64,000 nucleotides of DNA, taken from NCBI RefSeq assembly GCF_009834535.1, contig NC_045698.1, positions 29,698,001-29,762,000 of the forward strand, read 5' to 3'. The notes below the pieces were generated by a model that did not search any database, had not been told where the DNA came from, and worked only from the letters and a program-made list of their open reading frames with translations. This DNA is from Camelus ferus (lineage: Eukaryota). The position numbers and the translations under genes were made by a program. Each line of letters starts with the position of its first letter. The first letter of the stretch is position 1. Positions 1 through 13,091 of the stretch are shown in pieces.

Positions 1-300
1 AATTGTCTTATAATGTCATAGTTTATTTTTTATAGTTTGAATCAGGCTCCAGATTTCCACATACTGCAATTGGTTATAAGTCTTTTAAGTCCCTTTTAAT
101 TTCTAGGTTCAAAATCTATCCCTCTCTGTCTCTATCTGCAATTTGTTGGTTGAAGAAACCAAGTTGTTTGTCCCAGAAAGTTCAGTGCAGTCTGGATTTT
201 GCTGATTGTTTCCCCAGGGTATCTTTCAACATGTTTTTCTGTCCTCTTTATTTTCTATAAACTGGTAATTGTATCTGAAAGTTGTATTAAATTATTTTCT
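1..300 (-). mobile_element. Ancient L1 (L1MC-like) 3' fragment
   Basis: TTTGAATCAGG...TGCAATTGGTT...TTGAAGAAACC...CAGTCTGGATTTTGCTGATTG...AACATGTT resembles the L1MC4/5 3' end consensus. Confidence 0.65.
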
Positions 301-419
301 CAAGAAAATGGGAAAGACACATAGTAATGTGCACTGGAGGATGGAGTGGAGCTGTTGATGTGAGGGGCTGGCTTTCTGGATGTGGAGGAGGGAGACTCTG
401 AATTCAGGAAATGTGATGG

Positions 420-640
420 ATGAGAGTGTAGACTTTGAAGCCCAACTGTCTGGGTTCCAATTTCGGTTCTGTTTAGCTGGGTAGCCCTGGGGAAATCACT
501 TGACCTGCTGTGCTTCAGTTGTCTCCTCTGTTCAGTGAGAACAATAATAGGACCTGCCTCACAGGCTTGTGAGGGTCAAGAAGATCAGCATATGCATACA
601 TAACATGCTTAGAACACAGCCATGATGTAAGTACTCTGTA
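420..640 (+). mobile_element. MIR SINE
   Basis: GACTTTGAAGCCCAACTGTCTGGGTTCCAAT...CACTTGACCTGCTGTGCTTCAGTTGTCTCCTCTGTTCAGTGAGAACAATAATAG matches the MIR core. Confidence 0.8.
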
Positions 641-1395
641 AGTGTCGTCTGCGACTTAGGAAGGAAGTTGCAGGGAGTTGAGGGCGAGGAGAGTCGTGAA
701 GCCAAGGTGCCTTTGCAGGGAGAACAGCAGCCAGAGACCAGCCTTCTTACAGCTGTGCCAGGCCTGGTGGTCCTCTAGTTTTGCCCCATTGCATTCTCTG
801 TTTTCCTCATCTCTCTCCACGTTTCATTCCACGTAGGTCATTTTCATCATATGAACACTTTGCATGTGAATCAGGAAGAAAGCAAAGCAGTGCCGAGTGG
901 TACCGGGACCCAGAGGGCAGGGCCCTCTGATGTTTGGACGGCATCTGTTTGGGCCTTAGGTTCTGCTACTGCCCCAGCCTCGTACCTCATGTCTGCCTCT
1001 TGTCCTACTTTCGTGCTTAAAGACTCAACGGCTGAAATCCTTGCTGGTGTTTCCCACCCATTTCTGATGGTTACCTGAGCTTCACGTGGACCCCCCATGC
1101 TGTAGGTCACCCGTTACTTTACTCACTTGAATTCATCTCAACCTTTTGTGCAGTCAGATTGCATTCTCGGCCTTTTCCTTATCCCAGTTGGCAGTACTTT
1201 TGGAACATTTGTGTCTTTGGCTCTGCGTGACAGGCGCTATTTCGAATGTTGTGGGAATGCCTGCCTCTCCCTGCTCATGCCCTTTGCCTGTTGGTTTGAC
1301 TTCAGGCCCTCTCTGGCTTGTTTCATGGTCATGATTATTGTCTAGTCACTGAATGTTTCTTGTATGGTTTTGCATGGTTCCAATGTCCTTCAAAG

Positions 1396-1592
1396 CAGAG
1401 ATGGCCAAACTGCAGGCCACTTGTCTTTGTAAATGTGACTCAACTGGGACACAGCCACGTCCTTGCCTTTATGGATTCAGTGGTTGCTGTCTCGCTACAA
1501 CAGCAGGGTAGTTGTAATGGGTGACCCTGTGGACCACAAAGCCCAAGATATTTACTCTCTGGCCCCTCTCATTAAAAGTTTGCTGATGTCTG
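1396..1592 (+). mobile_element. MER58A-like hAT-Charlie MITE
   Basis: CAGAGATGGCCAAACT...ACACAGCCACG...GCTACAACAGCAG...CACAAAGCCCAAGATATTTACT...AAAAGTTTGCTGATGTCTG. 8-bp TSD CTTCAAAG / CTTTAAAG. Confidence 0.85.
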
Positions 1593-2187
1593 CTTTAAAG
1601 AGAAGGAAACTATCAGATTCATGTTGTTCCGAAGAATGACTGGCTAGAAAAGAGAAACTGTGGAATTCCATTCTTTTAAAGTGGAAAACATTGGGAAAGT
1701 TGTTGTGTGTGCACATAGGTGCCAAACACTGTGTGTGCTTGTAGACGGGAGAGGGAATGGCAGGCCTCCTTTTGGGGTTAAAGTCTCCAGGCCCTGAAGC
1801 CATGCAGTGGCTGACTCTCCCTCTTTGCTTTTCTAGTGTGCCATGATGTCTCTGGGAGATGGACGTCTTGGGCGGTCAGGGGGCGGGGGATACCACCTGA
1901 TGGCTGCTGTATCTCAGATATTTAGGTTTCCTGCTGAGCAAGGCCATGCCTTGCCCCTGCTTCCACCTGGCAGGGCCCGACCTGCTGCTCCCCTAGGGGG
2001 GAATCTCTTTGTTTACTCAGTGGTGTCTGTGCCAGTTGACACCAAGTCAAAAAACACTTTAGACAGAGGCCTTCTTTGAAAGTGTTAGCTAGTAGCAAGT
2101 GAGTCTGGCTTAATATCTCCTTGAGGCTGGAGATCTGATTAGAAGGGAGAAAGGAGTGATTTGTTAGCTAGATTGACTAATTAGTCA

Positions 2188-2330
2188 TTGTGAGGCACTT
2201 TCACACACATTATCTCACTTAAATCCCCAAAAAGACCCTGCAAGGGAAATACTACAATCCTTAGGAGACTGAGACTCAGAAAAATTAAGTAAATTGCAAA
2301 GTTCCCATGGTGTAAATATTATCTTTGTTA
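2188..2330 (-). mobile_element. MIR fragment
   Basis: GCACTTTCACACACATTATCTCACTTAAATCC...GAGACTGAGACTCAGAAAAATTAAGTAAATTGC. Confidence 0.7.
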
Positions 2331-2384
2331 GCAATTGTCATGAGCTGCTTTTAGCTTTCTAGTCCATAATCCTTATCATTGCCC

Positions 2385-2640
2385 TCTTCCTCATGCTCAC
2401 AAAATGGCTGCAGGAGATCCAAGCACCACATTTCCAGGCAAGAAGGTAAAATGTAAATGGACAATCTAGCCAAGGTTGTTCTCTTCCTAGATGTCCTTCT
2501 TCATGTAAGGTGACTTCAACTTACATCTCATTAGTCAGAATCACAGGGCCATTCCTTTCTGCAAGGGGACCTGTAAAATGTGGGATTTTTTGGCTTGTTT
2601 TAATCTGGGCACATTGCTAACCCCATAAAAGTGTTTTCTG
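2385..2640. mobile_element. MLT1J/K-like LTR fragment
   Basis: CTCATGCTCACAAAATGGCTGCAG...ACTTACATCTCATTAGTCAGAATC...CTGCAAGGGGACCTGTAAAATGTG. Confidence 0.55.
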
Positions 2641-3165
2641 TAGGTACAGAAGTAGAGGAGAATTGTTATTAAATAGGCAACTCACAGTTTCTTTTTTAAG
2701 AGGTCATTCTGATGCATGGAAAGTTTGAAAATCTCTGGTCTAAACTTATGGATCTTGCTTTCCCTCATTTCAAATGAATTTGGTAGAGTGAAGGTTATTA
2801 TCCCTCTCCACTCTCTTGTGCAAGAGATCCAAGAGATAGAATGATTTCCTTCTGCTTCCATGGGAAACAAGGCACGTGCTGGTGAGGGGTGGTGACTGTT
2901 TGGTGTCCTCAGACAGATGTGGGGAGCGGGGGTGATGCTCCAGGTCGCCTCGCTGTGTAGAGGCAACAGGTGTCTCTGTAGACCCGCCAGTAGTCCCTTG
3001 GGTGAGGGCATGGCAGGAGGAACAGTGATGCTTCCAAAATGTAAACACCCAAGGGGCAGTTTCCACCTTGATAAGGAGGTGCTCTAAGCGGGGAACAGTT
3101 ATCAGCTGCCTGAGTCTGTGCCCCATACCTGGCTACCCACACACAAAGCTGGGGGGTGCGGGTTT

Positions 3166-3195
3166 GTTGTTTTGGTTTTGGTTTTGTTTTGTTTT
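3166..3195. repeat. (GTTTT)n pentanucleotide repeat
   Basis: GTTGTTTTGGTTTTGGTTTTGTTTTGTTTTG. Confidence 0.85.
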
Positions 3196-3939
3196 GGCTG
3201 CCAGACATAGAGCCTCAAGAGAACAGTGTGTCCTAAACAAGAATTTCAGCTTAGCGAAGGAAAACAGAATCCACCCTGCTTGGTCACCTGAGGGAGTCAG
3301 CTTGGGAGCTGGACTTGTGTTTGCTGCTCTGCAAAGGGGGCTAAAACTGAGCTGCAGAGCTCTGAGTGGACCCTTTTGCGAAAGAAAGGAGGGGATTTTA
3401 AAACAAGATGCCAGAAGCGTAGTGTGATGCAGAGACCACAAACTTGGAAAGTCTATATAGCGTCTTGGCAGGTGACATCAATGTGTGAAGTGAGGCATTG
3501 CTTCGGGCAAGCACATGTACTTTCTAAAGGAATTATCGCCACAGAGGAATGCTAGTTCCAAATCCCTCCCTTCATTCCTTTCTTTTTTTCCTTCCTGTCC
3601 CTTCCCTGAGAAGCTATAAATATGGAGTTTTGGGTGAAGAACCCAATTTGTTAGTGTTGACAACTGGGGATGCCACTAGCTCCCCTGACTCCTTTTTCCA
3701 AATGAGGAAATGGTCCCCATTCCTTCATGACAGCGCTGGTGGCCATGCATGTCCCGTGCGAGCTGGACTTCAGCCCTTGCAGGCCCCTTGGCTGCGCCTT
3801 TGTGCCAGGCATGAGCTGCCTGACTGTAGATGGTGGCCCCACGGTTCCATATGTTATGTGAGCCAAGCAAAACATACCTGTGGGCCATGCTCAGCCCGCG
3901 GGCTGTCATTTTGCAGTCTCTGGGGTTGTAAAAACAAAG

Positions 3940-4145
3940 CTCTGGGGTCAGACCGTCTGGCTTCAACTCTGGGTTCTGTCATTTAGGCAAATTATTCAGT
4001 ATTTCTCTGCCTCAGCCTCCTGTGTCTGTCAAATGGGGATAAATACTTGGACCGATCTCATAGGGCTGTTATGAGGATGGGATTAAATACGGCATAAAAA
4101 GCACTTAGCCACTCAGAGTGTGGCTAACAGCACTTGATCAGTGTT
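3940..4145 (+). mobile_element. MIR SINE
   Basis: GGGTCAGACCGTCTGGCTTCAACTCTGGG...TCTCTGCCTCAG...CTGTCAAATGGGGATAA...CATAGGGCTGTTATGAGGAT...AAAGCACTTAGC. Confidence 0.8.
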
Positions 4146-4165
4146 GGTTCATAGCAAAATCATGT

Positions 4166-4191
4166 AAACAAAACAAAACAAAACAAAACAA
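4166..4191. repeat. (AAAAC)n pentanucleotide repeat
   Basis: AAACAAAACAAAACAAAACAAAACAA. Confidence 0.9.
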
Positions 4192-5164
4192 CCTGATTTT
4201 GCACACTCATCAGCCTCTCTCCGCAAGTCAAGTTTTGTTGGCGAACTCACAGCCTATGAATGGGTGAGAGGGTGCATGTCAGGCCTCCACAATGTCTTTC
4301 CACTTCTTTGGGAAGTATTTAAGCTCTGTGTCTGACTTTTGCAAAGGCAGGGAACTCAAAATAGCAAGCTTTGCTTACTCACTGACTAAGGCCACGGGAA
4401 CCTCAGTGAAGTAAACAGTTTCCTTGAACCCCTGTTCCTGTCTCATTGCACAAAGCAGTTACACGGTTAACAACTGACGTCCTTAACAATGATATCTTCA
4501 AACCATTAGTAAAGATTAAATTTGCTTCAGTATCATCTGTTGCACAAGGCAAAGGTGTGTGGGATCATTTTAGAATAATTGCCACTGAAAGATAAATGTG
4601 TGTCAGACTTTAAAGTAACAAGTGCTCAGTTGTTGAGTTCCTCTTCGAAAGGGGCTCATTCTCTAGGGGGCGGCCCCAGAGCCAACACTGTCATTAAAAC
4701 CCATCCTCGTGGTTTGCATCCAGCCTGCACCGGGCTCTGCTTGAAAGATGGACTCTCATCACTGAGACTGCCCTGCGGGGAGAGTGTTAGCTCAGCACTG
4801 GCGGTAGTGAATCTGCGGTTAGCTGCAAGGATTCGGGTTGAAATGAGACGAATAAACCTAGCAGTGTTGCTCTGGTAGGTCCAGTTGTATCAAAGTGTAC
4901 AGTAATGTTTTATAGAGCAGTGGCCACCTCTCAGCTTGCTTTAAAACACACCCAGAAAAGGGCGTCTGAGAAACTATTTAGTGCCACCTACGTCTAAATT
5001 AACTTTTCTCTCACTCTGTTAATATCTGAGCTTCCCTGAAACACTCATTAAGCCCTACACAAATATAAAGAATGTCTCTGAGACTGGAAAAAACAAGGAT
5101 TGCCCCAGAAATTCTACTCTTACTTGGCTGGGTCACCAGCAGTCTAAACCATCTCTCTCTAGAC

Positions 5165-5377
5165 TTGTATTTCTCAGTCTTGGCATTATCGATGTTTTAG
5201 GTCACATCATTCTTTATTGTGGTGGCTGGTCTGCATACTGTAGGATGTTTAGCAGTGTCCCCGGTCTCTACTCTCTGGATGCCAATAACACACCTCCCTC
5301 AACTTGAGATGACAAAAAATGTCCCTGACATTGTCAAATGCCACCCGGAGGACAGTCTTCTTTGTTGAGAACCCCTG
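5165..5377 (+). mobile_element. MER20 hAT-Charlie MITE
   Basis: TTTCTCAGTCTTGGCATTAT...TGTAGGATGTTTAGCAGTGTCCCCGGTCTCTAC...ACAAAAAATGTCCCTGACATTGTCAAATG...GTTGAGAACCCCTG. TSD CTCTAGAC / CTCTGGAC. Confidence 0.88.
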
Positions 5378-5426
5378 CTCTGGACTATGAAAAGTGGCTA
5401 GATGTGTAAACACAACAGTTATGTAT

Positions 5427-5429
<3 letters not shown>

Positions 5430-5465
<36 letters not shown>

Positions 5466-5474
5466 CGCGTGTGT
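5430..5474. repeat. (TG)14(CG)6(TG)2 compound microsatellite
   Basis: Read directly from the sequence. Confidence 0.97.
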
Positions 5475-7019
5475 AACTAACTAAAAAGGCCCCAAAACAA
5501 AAGTTTTGAAAATAAACTCATCCACAAGCTACACTGACAAAACGCTTAGAGAGGGATCCTGTAACCACCATGTTTGGCAAATCTGTTATTTTGCTCAGCC
5601 TCCCAGCAGCTTTTCCATAGGTCATGTTAAATGCTGGCAAACTACTCAGTCTGGAAGGGTGTGCCATCATCCGGATCACCTTGAAGTATCTGTCCAGACA
5701 TCTTCCAAACAGGAGTGGTGCCCGTCCACTGGCACTTGCACATAAAAACTCAGCGGGTGAGAGTAAGAGATTCGTAAAACAGAGAGGGACCTCAGAGCTT
5801 CAGGTCCATTTCCCATGTTTTCCAGGACAAGACCCTGAGGGCCATACAACAATTTGCAGCACAGTTTATGATAAACCTCAGTGATGCAGACACTCAGCTG
5901 AATTTTTCACCAATCTAGGCACAGAATTACTACTGAGTGAAATGTTAAATTACTCTCACAGCAGTTTTCAAGGTTGTAAGAATAAGAAGAACCAGGGATA
6001 AAATTAAAATTGGCTTTCAAATGGAAGGCTGAAAAAATTAAGGGTACCATTAATGTACCTTTGCCTCAGGATCCAGAAACTTCCATTTCTCTTTCTAACA
6101 CACGGTTGCAACTGATTCGGAGTGGTAGACCTCCATTAATTGGCCTTATGAGCCTTATAAACTACGCCTACTAAATCAGTTATTTGGAACTTGAAAGGAA
6201 TAATGGTTTATAATGATCCTTAAATTAGGCCAAATATTCTTCCTACTTCCAGGCAGAATTATTATTTTCACCCAGATTATAATTCTAAAAGAAGGTAATG
6301 TGAATGAATTCATCCCACTGGTACAGGAGACCCATCCCTGTATCCAAATTTCTTTTACTAATTGAAGGTAACCATGAATTGTATATTTTAAACTCATTGT
6401 TTAAAAAAAAAAATACCTGGTATTCATGCTTTCCACATGTGGTCAGTTCCTGATCTAAAGGAGAAAGAGATGAGGCAGGAAAATGATCACATTCAGACGA
6501 TGTCCAACTGGAAGCTGAGAATGTCACCAACAGAAAGGTGCAGCCTGTTCTGGCATGTGCGGGTTTGAGTACAAGGTGTACCCTTGCTGCCTGGTGCTGT
6601 ACCTCGGGCTCTGCCTGACTTCAGTTTGTGATTACCTGGGTCTCTGAAACAGGACTCTCGGGGCAGGTATGGATCTAATATTTCTCATGCCCTGCCCCAA
6701 ATACCTCCCTCCCTGTGCCCCAGCAACAAAAGGAAAGCTTCCCACTGTGACGTGGGTGTCAAGGTCATCAGAAGATTTCAGGGAATGCCTTTGACCTTGT
6801 TTTGGACCTAGAGGATGATCTCATTCAGAAATGGGAACAGTGTCAAAATACGGAATGTGCTCATAAGATTAGCATGTGGTATGGTTTTTAAAAAATTGGA
6901 GGGCAGATATACAACCCATTCTGGATTTTTAAGAAGAGAAGTGGTTGAAAGAGATGTGGTATTTTTACCTAAAACATGGTAGGTACACTGTCACCTCTTG
7001 GCAGTGATGTGATGGGAAG

Positions 7020-7420
7020 ACTGTTAATGCATTTAACAAACACTTAGAGTCCCTGTTATAGGTAGCAGAGATTGCTCAGAGAACAAAGCAGAGTGCTTTC
7101 TTACTTTTAGTGAAGGGAGACAGTCAGTAAACAAACACCCGATCTGTCACGTAGAGAGGAGTGCTGGGGGGAAAAGAAAACCTGGTAAGGGGAGAGGTGG
7201 AGCGGCCTGGGCCAAGGGGTTAGTGTTTTATACGGCATAGTCAGGAAATGCCTCTCGGATAAGGTAACATTTGCTCAGAGAACTGAAGGAAGCAAAACAG
7301 AGCCTTGTGGCTATCTGGGGGAAGATATCAGAAACTGTTATAAGTGTTCCAACAGGAAATTTATTAGGGCTTAGAACAGCAGACCTGTCTGTGCTTAGGA
7401 TGAAGAGGGTGAGATACAAG
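7020..7420 (-). mobile_element. L2 fragment
   Basis: CATTTAACAAACACTTAGAG...GAACAAAGCAGAG...GGGAGACAGTCAGTAAACAAAC...CCTCTCGGATAAGGTAACATTTG. Confidence 0.7.
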
Positions 7421-8714
7421 AAAAGGGGGAGCTTTGGGAAAGCATTAGGGACATGTTACATACATACACCGAATGTATGCACAGCACTGATTGGCAAAAC
7501 CGGAACATTGGATTATATGTTCGCAAATCTCTCACGTGGTTTTTAAATGAGACCCCATAGCTCTGTTAAGCAGTCATGGTGTTTTGTTGTAGCCAGGGTG
7601 TAATGGATTGTTATTTAGGGTTATCCTGCAAAGCTTAGACTAACTCAGAAAGCAGTCGCTTGGATACATTGCCCAGGCTGAGTCAGGTTATTAATCTGGA
7701 CTGGAAAATAATACAACCAGATTGTGGCTGACTGTGGGCCCTGGTCCCATTCACCAGATTTTGTGCTGTGTTTTTAATGGGAAGTGGGCTTGCCTTGCCA
7801 GGTGGGATAAAAGAAGAGGGTAGTTTCAAGGAGGAAAAGAGTTGAGTATAGGTGAAGGGTCCATGGCACCTGGCTGCGCGCTGCCTTCCCATCCCTCAAA
7901 TTAGCCTCCCAGCCCAGTCATCGGTATGAGCAGCATGACCTCTAAAGAATGTGGGCCTTCTCCAGGCCATGGCAAGGACTTCCATCACAGCTCCTTCCCA
8001 AGAGAGTCTTAGAAATTCTCACCCTATAGTCTGGGTCTCTGTTACCGCCTTCATCCTCTTTAAACGTGAGAAGGAAAGAGGCATTAGGTAGCCCTGCCTC
8101 TCTCACCTGAGAATTGCTCCAGGTTTTTGAATGTTAACCTTTTTAAACAGCATCAGTGTACCAGTTGGACGTGGTTTCCCCTTTCTGAAGGACAGTCAGA
8201 TTTCACCTACGCGCCTCTGGGGATTGCCCTGCCTTGAGGGTTGTTGAGCATGCGTGTTGGGAGTTGTTGACTGTTAAAGAAAGTAGGACTGGCATTGGAC
8301 CAGCAAATAGAATTCTACTTTTTGGAGCTGGGAATTTCTGTTCCAGCCCAGTACTTGGGCTGATGAATGAAGAGTGATTAAAAGCAAGGAAGCGCTTTCT
8401 GAAAAGGGACGGCATCCTGGTACAAGTCACGACTTGAGCAATCTTGTCCATAGTTTGCTTGCTGTCAGGTACTTCAGTGTTGATGGCTTTTTGCTTTTAC
8501 AAGTCATACCTTTTTTTTAAAGTGCTGTCATACACTTAGCAAACGTTTTTTGAGCATCCACCCAGCGCCCAGTCCTGTGCCATGCAAGTTCAAAAGAAAT
8601 AGGTAACATTGTTCTTGATCTCATGGAATTAAGTTTTGTTAAACAGGTAAGACTTCCAGCAGTAAAATAGTCCAAGAAGGAGCAAGTGAAAAGCCAAGTT
8701 GGAGGTATTGGATC

Positions 8715-8955
8715 AGTGAGAAAAACCCAAACTTTGGAATCAGGTAACCCTGGGTTTGACTCAAAGCTCTGACTCTGACCAAGAGTGTGCCTTTGTGAGA
8801 TTCTCTTATCCTGTGCGGGCCTCAGCTTCCTCTTCTGTGAAATGGGACAATGACACCTATTTCACTGTAACACTGGATTGCTACGATGACTCAGTAATGC
8901 TATAATAAAGCAATTAGTGCCTGGCACGCAGTAAGCACTTAGTATATTATTGTAA
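8715..8955 (+). mobile_element. MIR SINE
   Basis: CTTTGGAATCAGGTAACCCTGGGTTTGA...GCCTCAGCTTCCTCTTCTGTGAAATGGGACAAT...GTGCCTGGCACGCAGTAAGCACTTAG. Confidence 0.8.
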
Positions 8956-10648
8956 TTATTAGTTGGACAAGTAATTAGATCTGGATTCTAAGTTTTGATT
9001 CTGCAATTAGAGAGCTTTGATAAGTCACGTTTTCATACTATCCATATAGATCATCTGTAAAGCTAAGGGAATGGTCTCTCTACCTTTACCTCTAAAATTC
9101 TGTGGTATTTTGAACTGAAATGTATTGAACAAAATCCTCCCTGGATGCTTGTCCTTCTTAATATACTTACACTAGTTTTAACAACGAAACCTCCACATGA
9201 CTGAGGACATGCTCTGAAGCAGAAGCCTTGGTGGATTCTTTACATTCTTTGTTAGTCTCTCCATGTGATACACTCAATGAGATGGATAACCTTGTCCTAT
9301 TTCCTAGATTTGAAGCCATATTTTATCCAGTTTAATATTTCTGAAGTCAGGGTGCAGTGTATCCTTGATACGTATAGTCCAGGTGGTGATGTTTTTCTCC
9401 TTTTCTTCCCCCAAAGCCATTTCTAAGTGAGATGGGGCATCTTATAACTGATGCCTTTGAAGCAAGGGAAATGAATGTTTTTCCTATATTTTGGATGATA
9501 AAAATGGGGCTTACAGAGGTTAATTTACATGCCCAAGGTTAATGAAAGTAAGAAAGTCAAAGCTAGAATCTGACTAAGATTGGTCTGGTTTTGCTGACTC
9601 TACCATACTTCTTGGGGGCAAAAGATTTTTAAAGTTGCTAACATTTAGTCCTTTGTTCACCTCATTTTCCATAGCAAAATATTTTTGCTCCAGTTTGCTA
9701 GACTGAGCTGTAGATTACCTGTTTATTAGTTCTTAACAGGAATACATTTTTAGTCCATCTAGCCAGACTTCATAGACTGTTTATCTTGTGCAATGTAATG
9801 TTGACGTCTGTTCGATGTTGACATCACCGGTGACCATTGGTCAGTCTGAAAAGTTATTTTCCTTCAGATAAGAACCTATTGGACTCATAGATCTTTTTTT
9901 AGAAATCTCACCCTGACCTGAGTTCACCTGGGTAATACTGGCAGATTTTTCCCTAGACTTTCCAGGATCCTGGGTCTTTACAAGGAAATGGGGGTGTAGT
10001 CATTAGCAGTTGATTATTAAGGAAATTCATTGAAAATTAACAGCAGTATTCTTTGACCTCAGCTTTTATAGCTAAATTGCTAATCTTTAGTAAATATATG
10101 ATTGTATTACTTATCTATTGACATTTAGCACAAATTAGCTAGCGAATGGGCCAGTTGTTACTGTTCAATTTTTTTTGAAGTGTATTAAAATTCTTATTTC
10201 CTGTGTGTTTCTTTCTCTGAAACAGAATCCTGGGGCCTTCTATTAGGCCAGGAGAACCTCCCACAGTCTTACAACTAGCTGATTAATTGTGACAGCAAAC
10301 CAGCTCTGTCATCAGAATGATTATAGTTTCAAAGTCACAGTTAATAGAAAAAAACTTCAACGAAAGTGACCACTAGCCTTTGTAAATATCGTTTGACTTG
10401 AGAAGGGAAACTTGGATTGAAAAAAGTAATTTGCAGACCCGCTTCCCTGTTAAGTCATTCTGAAGTTCTTAAAGTGGATTTCTGTCTCTACTTTTGAACA
10501 AGACATAGGTGTTAGCATAGTCACCTAGATTGAATGAATGAATGAATATATTGTATGTCTGGGATCTGCCTTTCCTTCCTCTGGTTTAGCAGCTTCAGCA
10601 CCAAAGTGTAGCTGTAAAATGACACGTGGTGGAATTTGACATGGTGTA

Positions 10649-11350
10649 TGTATCAGTCAGGGTCCTGGCAAGAAACAGACTCAACTCAGACGGCTCAAGA
10701 GACTCTAATGAAGGGGAGATGCAAGAATTAGGGGTTCAAGATTTGCAGACATGAATTACTGTATATAAAACAGATCAACAACAAGGTCCTACTGTATAGC
10801 ACAGGTAATTACATTCAATACCTTGTAATAGCCTATAATGAAAAAAATATGAAAAGGAATATATATATATATATGTATAACTGAATCACTATGCTATGCA
10901 CCAGAAATTAACGCAACATTGTAAATCGACTATACTTCAATTTAAAAAAAAATTTTTTAAGTGTGAATGGGGTTGAAGACACCAACAAGGCATGTTGAGG
11001 CACAAGCCACAAGGGGCAACTGTTATTCTCCCCAGACCTGGAGCAGCAGTGGGAGGAAACCGTGTTACTGAAGTTTGGGGAGGGAGGAGTCACCGAGGAG
11101 GGGCCATATGACAGAAGCTGGAGTCCTGCAGGAACTTGGGCTCCACCAGAGCACTGGGATTGTAGGGGAGCTCATCCCCAACCTCTCTTTCAACCTTCAA
11201 ATCTCTATTGTTCAAATGCAGTAGGGAGTCAGCTAGGAGGGGAGCCTAAAGATTCAGCCCACAGCAGACAAGCCTCCTGAGGTGTAGGAAGAGAGAAGAA
11301 CCTAGAATGGACCTGCTAGGGGAGGAGGACCAAACAGAGAATCACCGGCA
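10649..11350. mobile_element. Old MaLR/ERVL-type LTR interrupted by an L1
   Basis: Starts TGTATCAGTCAGGGTCCTGGCAAGAAACAGA (MLT-type terminus) and resumes after the L1 at ~10960; right boundary approximate. Confidence 0.5.
10729..10952 (+). mobile_element. 5'-truncated young L1 3' end
   Basis: AACAACAAGGTCCTACTGTATAGCACAGG...GAATCACTATGCT...ACATTGTAAATCGACTATACTTCAATTT plus A-tail; the same L1 3'UTR recurs many times in this window. Confidence 0.88.
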
Positions 11351-12107
11351 TAGATGGAAAATGCTATTTTAGAGCCCGCAAGCTGCACCAGAAGAATGAT
11401 ATATTCAAGGAATTCATTGAATCTGACCCTGACCTCAGCTGATCTTGGGTCAGCATCCACTTTCTGAAACTCTTTCAGATACACCCGTAATCACCTGACA
11501 GCAGCCAGAGTTGCTGATCATTTCAGCCTGTCCCAGTCTCATTGCTGTCCAAGGTCTTATGTGGTGGTAGGGCCGAGAGGGCTGGTCCTGTAGCTTGATG
11601 ATGGAGGAAGGTCCAAAGTGGGAGAAACAGGAGAGTCATGGAGAACTTCTGAAGGCAGTATAATAACTAGGGGTAGAATAAGAGTGGTAAGGACACCTGG
11701 TGCGGGTTTGTGCAGGAAAAGGACCTGCATATGATTTCACATTATTGGGCAATGTTCTGTCCATGCATGCCAGCCCCCCCACTATCTTCTGGAGCCTTCA
11801 TTGGAGGACAGGGTCAGTGGACTCTTCGTTATAAATGGTGAACTGTGAGAGATAATTATTCTCCATATGAATGGTGATATTACCCACCTTACACATCTCC
11901 CAACAGGAAGTTTGTGTTTGGAGTTACTGTTGCTTCAAAAGTGTGAAAGGGAAGAATAATATTTTTAAAAGAAGGGGCAAAAGATAGCACTGTGTGATGA
12001 AATGTATGTCTGTGGATGGTGATTTGCTACATGACAATTGCTTAAAGCCTATACTGGTGAGCGTTCCGTTAGCAGCGGACAAGGAAAAACCTCATTGCAC
12101 AGCTCAC

Positions 12108-12470
12108 ACCTTAGTCCTTTCTGGGCCACTATAACAAAATACCACAGATGCAGTGGCTTACAGGCAACAAAATCTGTTGCTCATGATCCTCAGGCTGGAA
12201 GTCTGAGATCAGGGTGCCAGCACAGTCAGGTGAGGACCCACTTCTGGGTCACAGACTTCTCACCCTGCCCTCACATGGTGAAAGGGGCTAGGGAGCTCTC
12301 TGGGGTCTCTTTTATTAGGGCACTAATTCCATTCATGGGGGTCCCACCCTCATGACCAAGTCATCTCCCAAAGGCCCCACCTACTAATACCATCACCTTT
12401 ACGATTTAAGATTGCAGCGTGTGAATTTGGAGGTGGGAAGTGGGGAGGAAACAACATTCAGACTTTAGCA
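12108..12470 (-). mobile_element. MLT1A-type MaLR solo LTR
   Basis: CTTAGTCC...CTATAACAAAATACCACAGA...AGGCTGGAAGTCTGAGATCAGGGTGCCAGCA...GGGCACTAATTCCATTCATG...AACATTCAGACTTTAGCA. Confidence 0.88.
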
Positions 12471-13091
12471 GTTCATTATCATAATCTTTTGTACTTCTCT
12501 GGCTTCGTCATACTTGTCTGGCAAAATCCCAACCCAGATTCAGTCCAGCTCTCCACCTACACCGTGCCTGCACCTGAGAGCTGAACATGACTGGAGAGAA
12601 TGCACACCAAGAGGACTGCCTGCATGTTAGGTGCACAGCCACTAACCTCACCTAACCCTTCATACAGCTGGCAATGCCCCATGTTCCCTGGTCCATTCAC
12701 TTTCCTACTCTTCTAGATAACCGTTTCACACCTCCTCTTCTCTCCTCTAGCCTGAGCACTTACTTCCCATATCCTCCCTCGGTACAGATAACCTGTGTCC
12801 CTGTTTCACTGCAAACAAGCCCCAGAGGCAGTCAGAAGAGAACCCACCAGCTCCCACCACCTCTACTCACCTCCCAGAATCAGAGCCCATAGGCTGTGCC
12901 TTCCTCCTGTTAACAGAGAACTTCTGAGACAAACCTCTTCACGTGACACCTGCTCTTTCCGGAAATTCACCCTCTTCTGTCTTGTGCTTAGTTTTTCTCT
13001 CCACTGGATGATTCCAATTTCCATAAAAACATGCTGGCATGTCCCAATATCATGAAAGATAAACGTACCATTGTTGATCCTGTGTCTTTCT

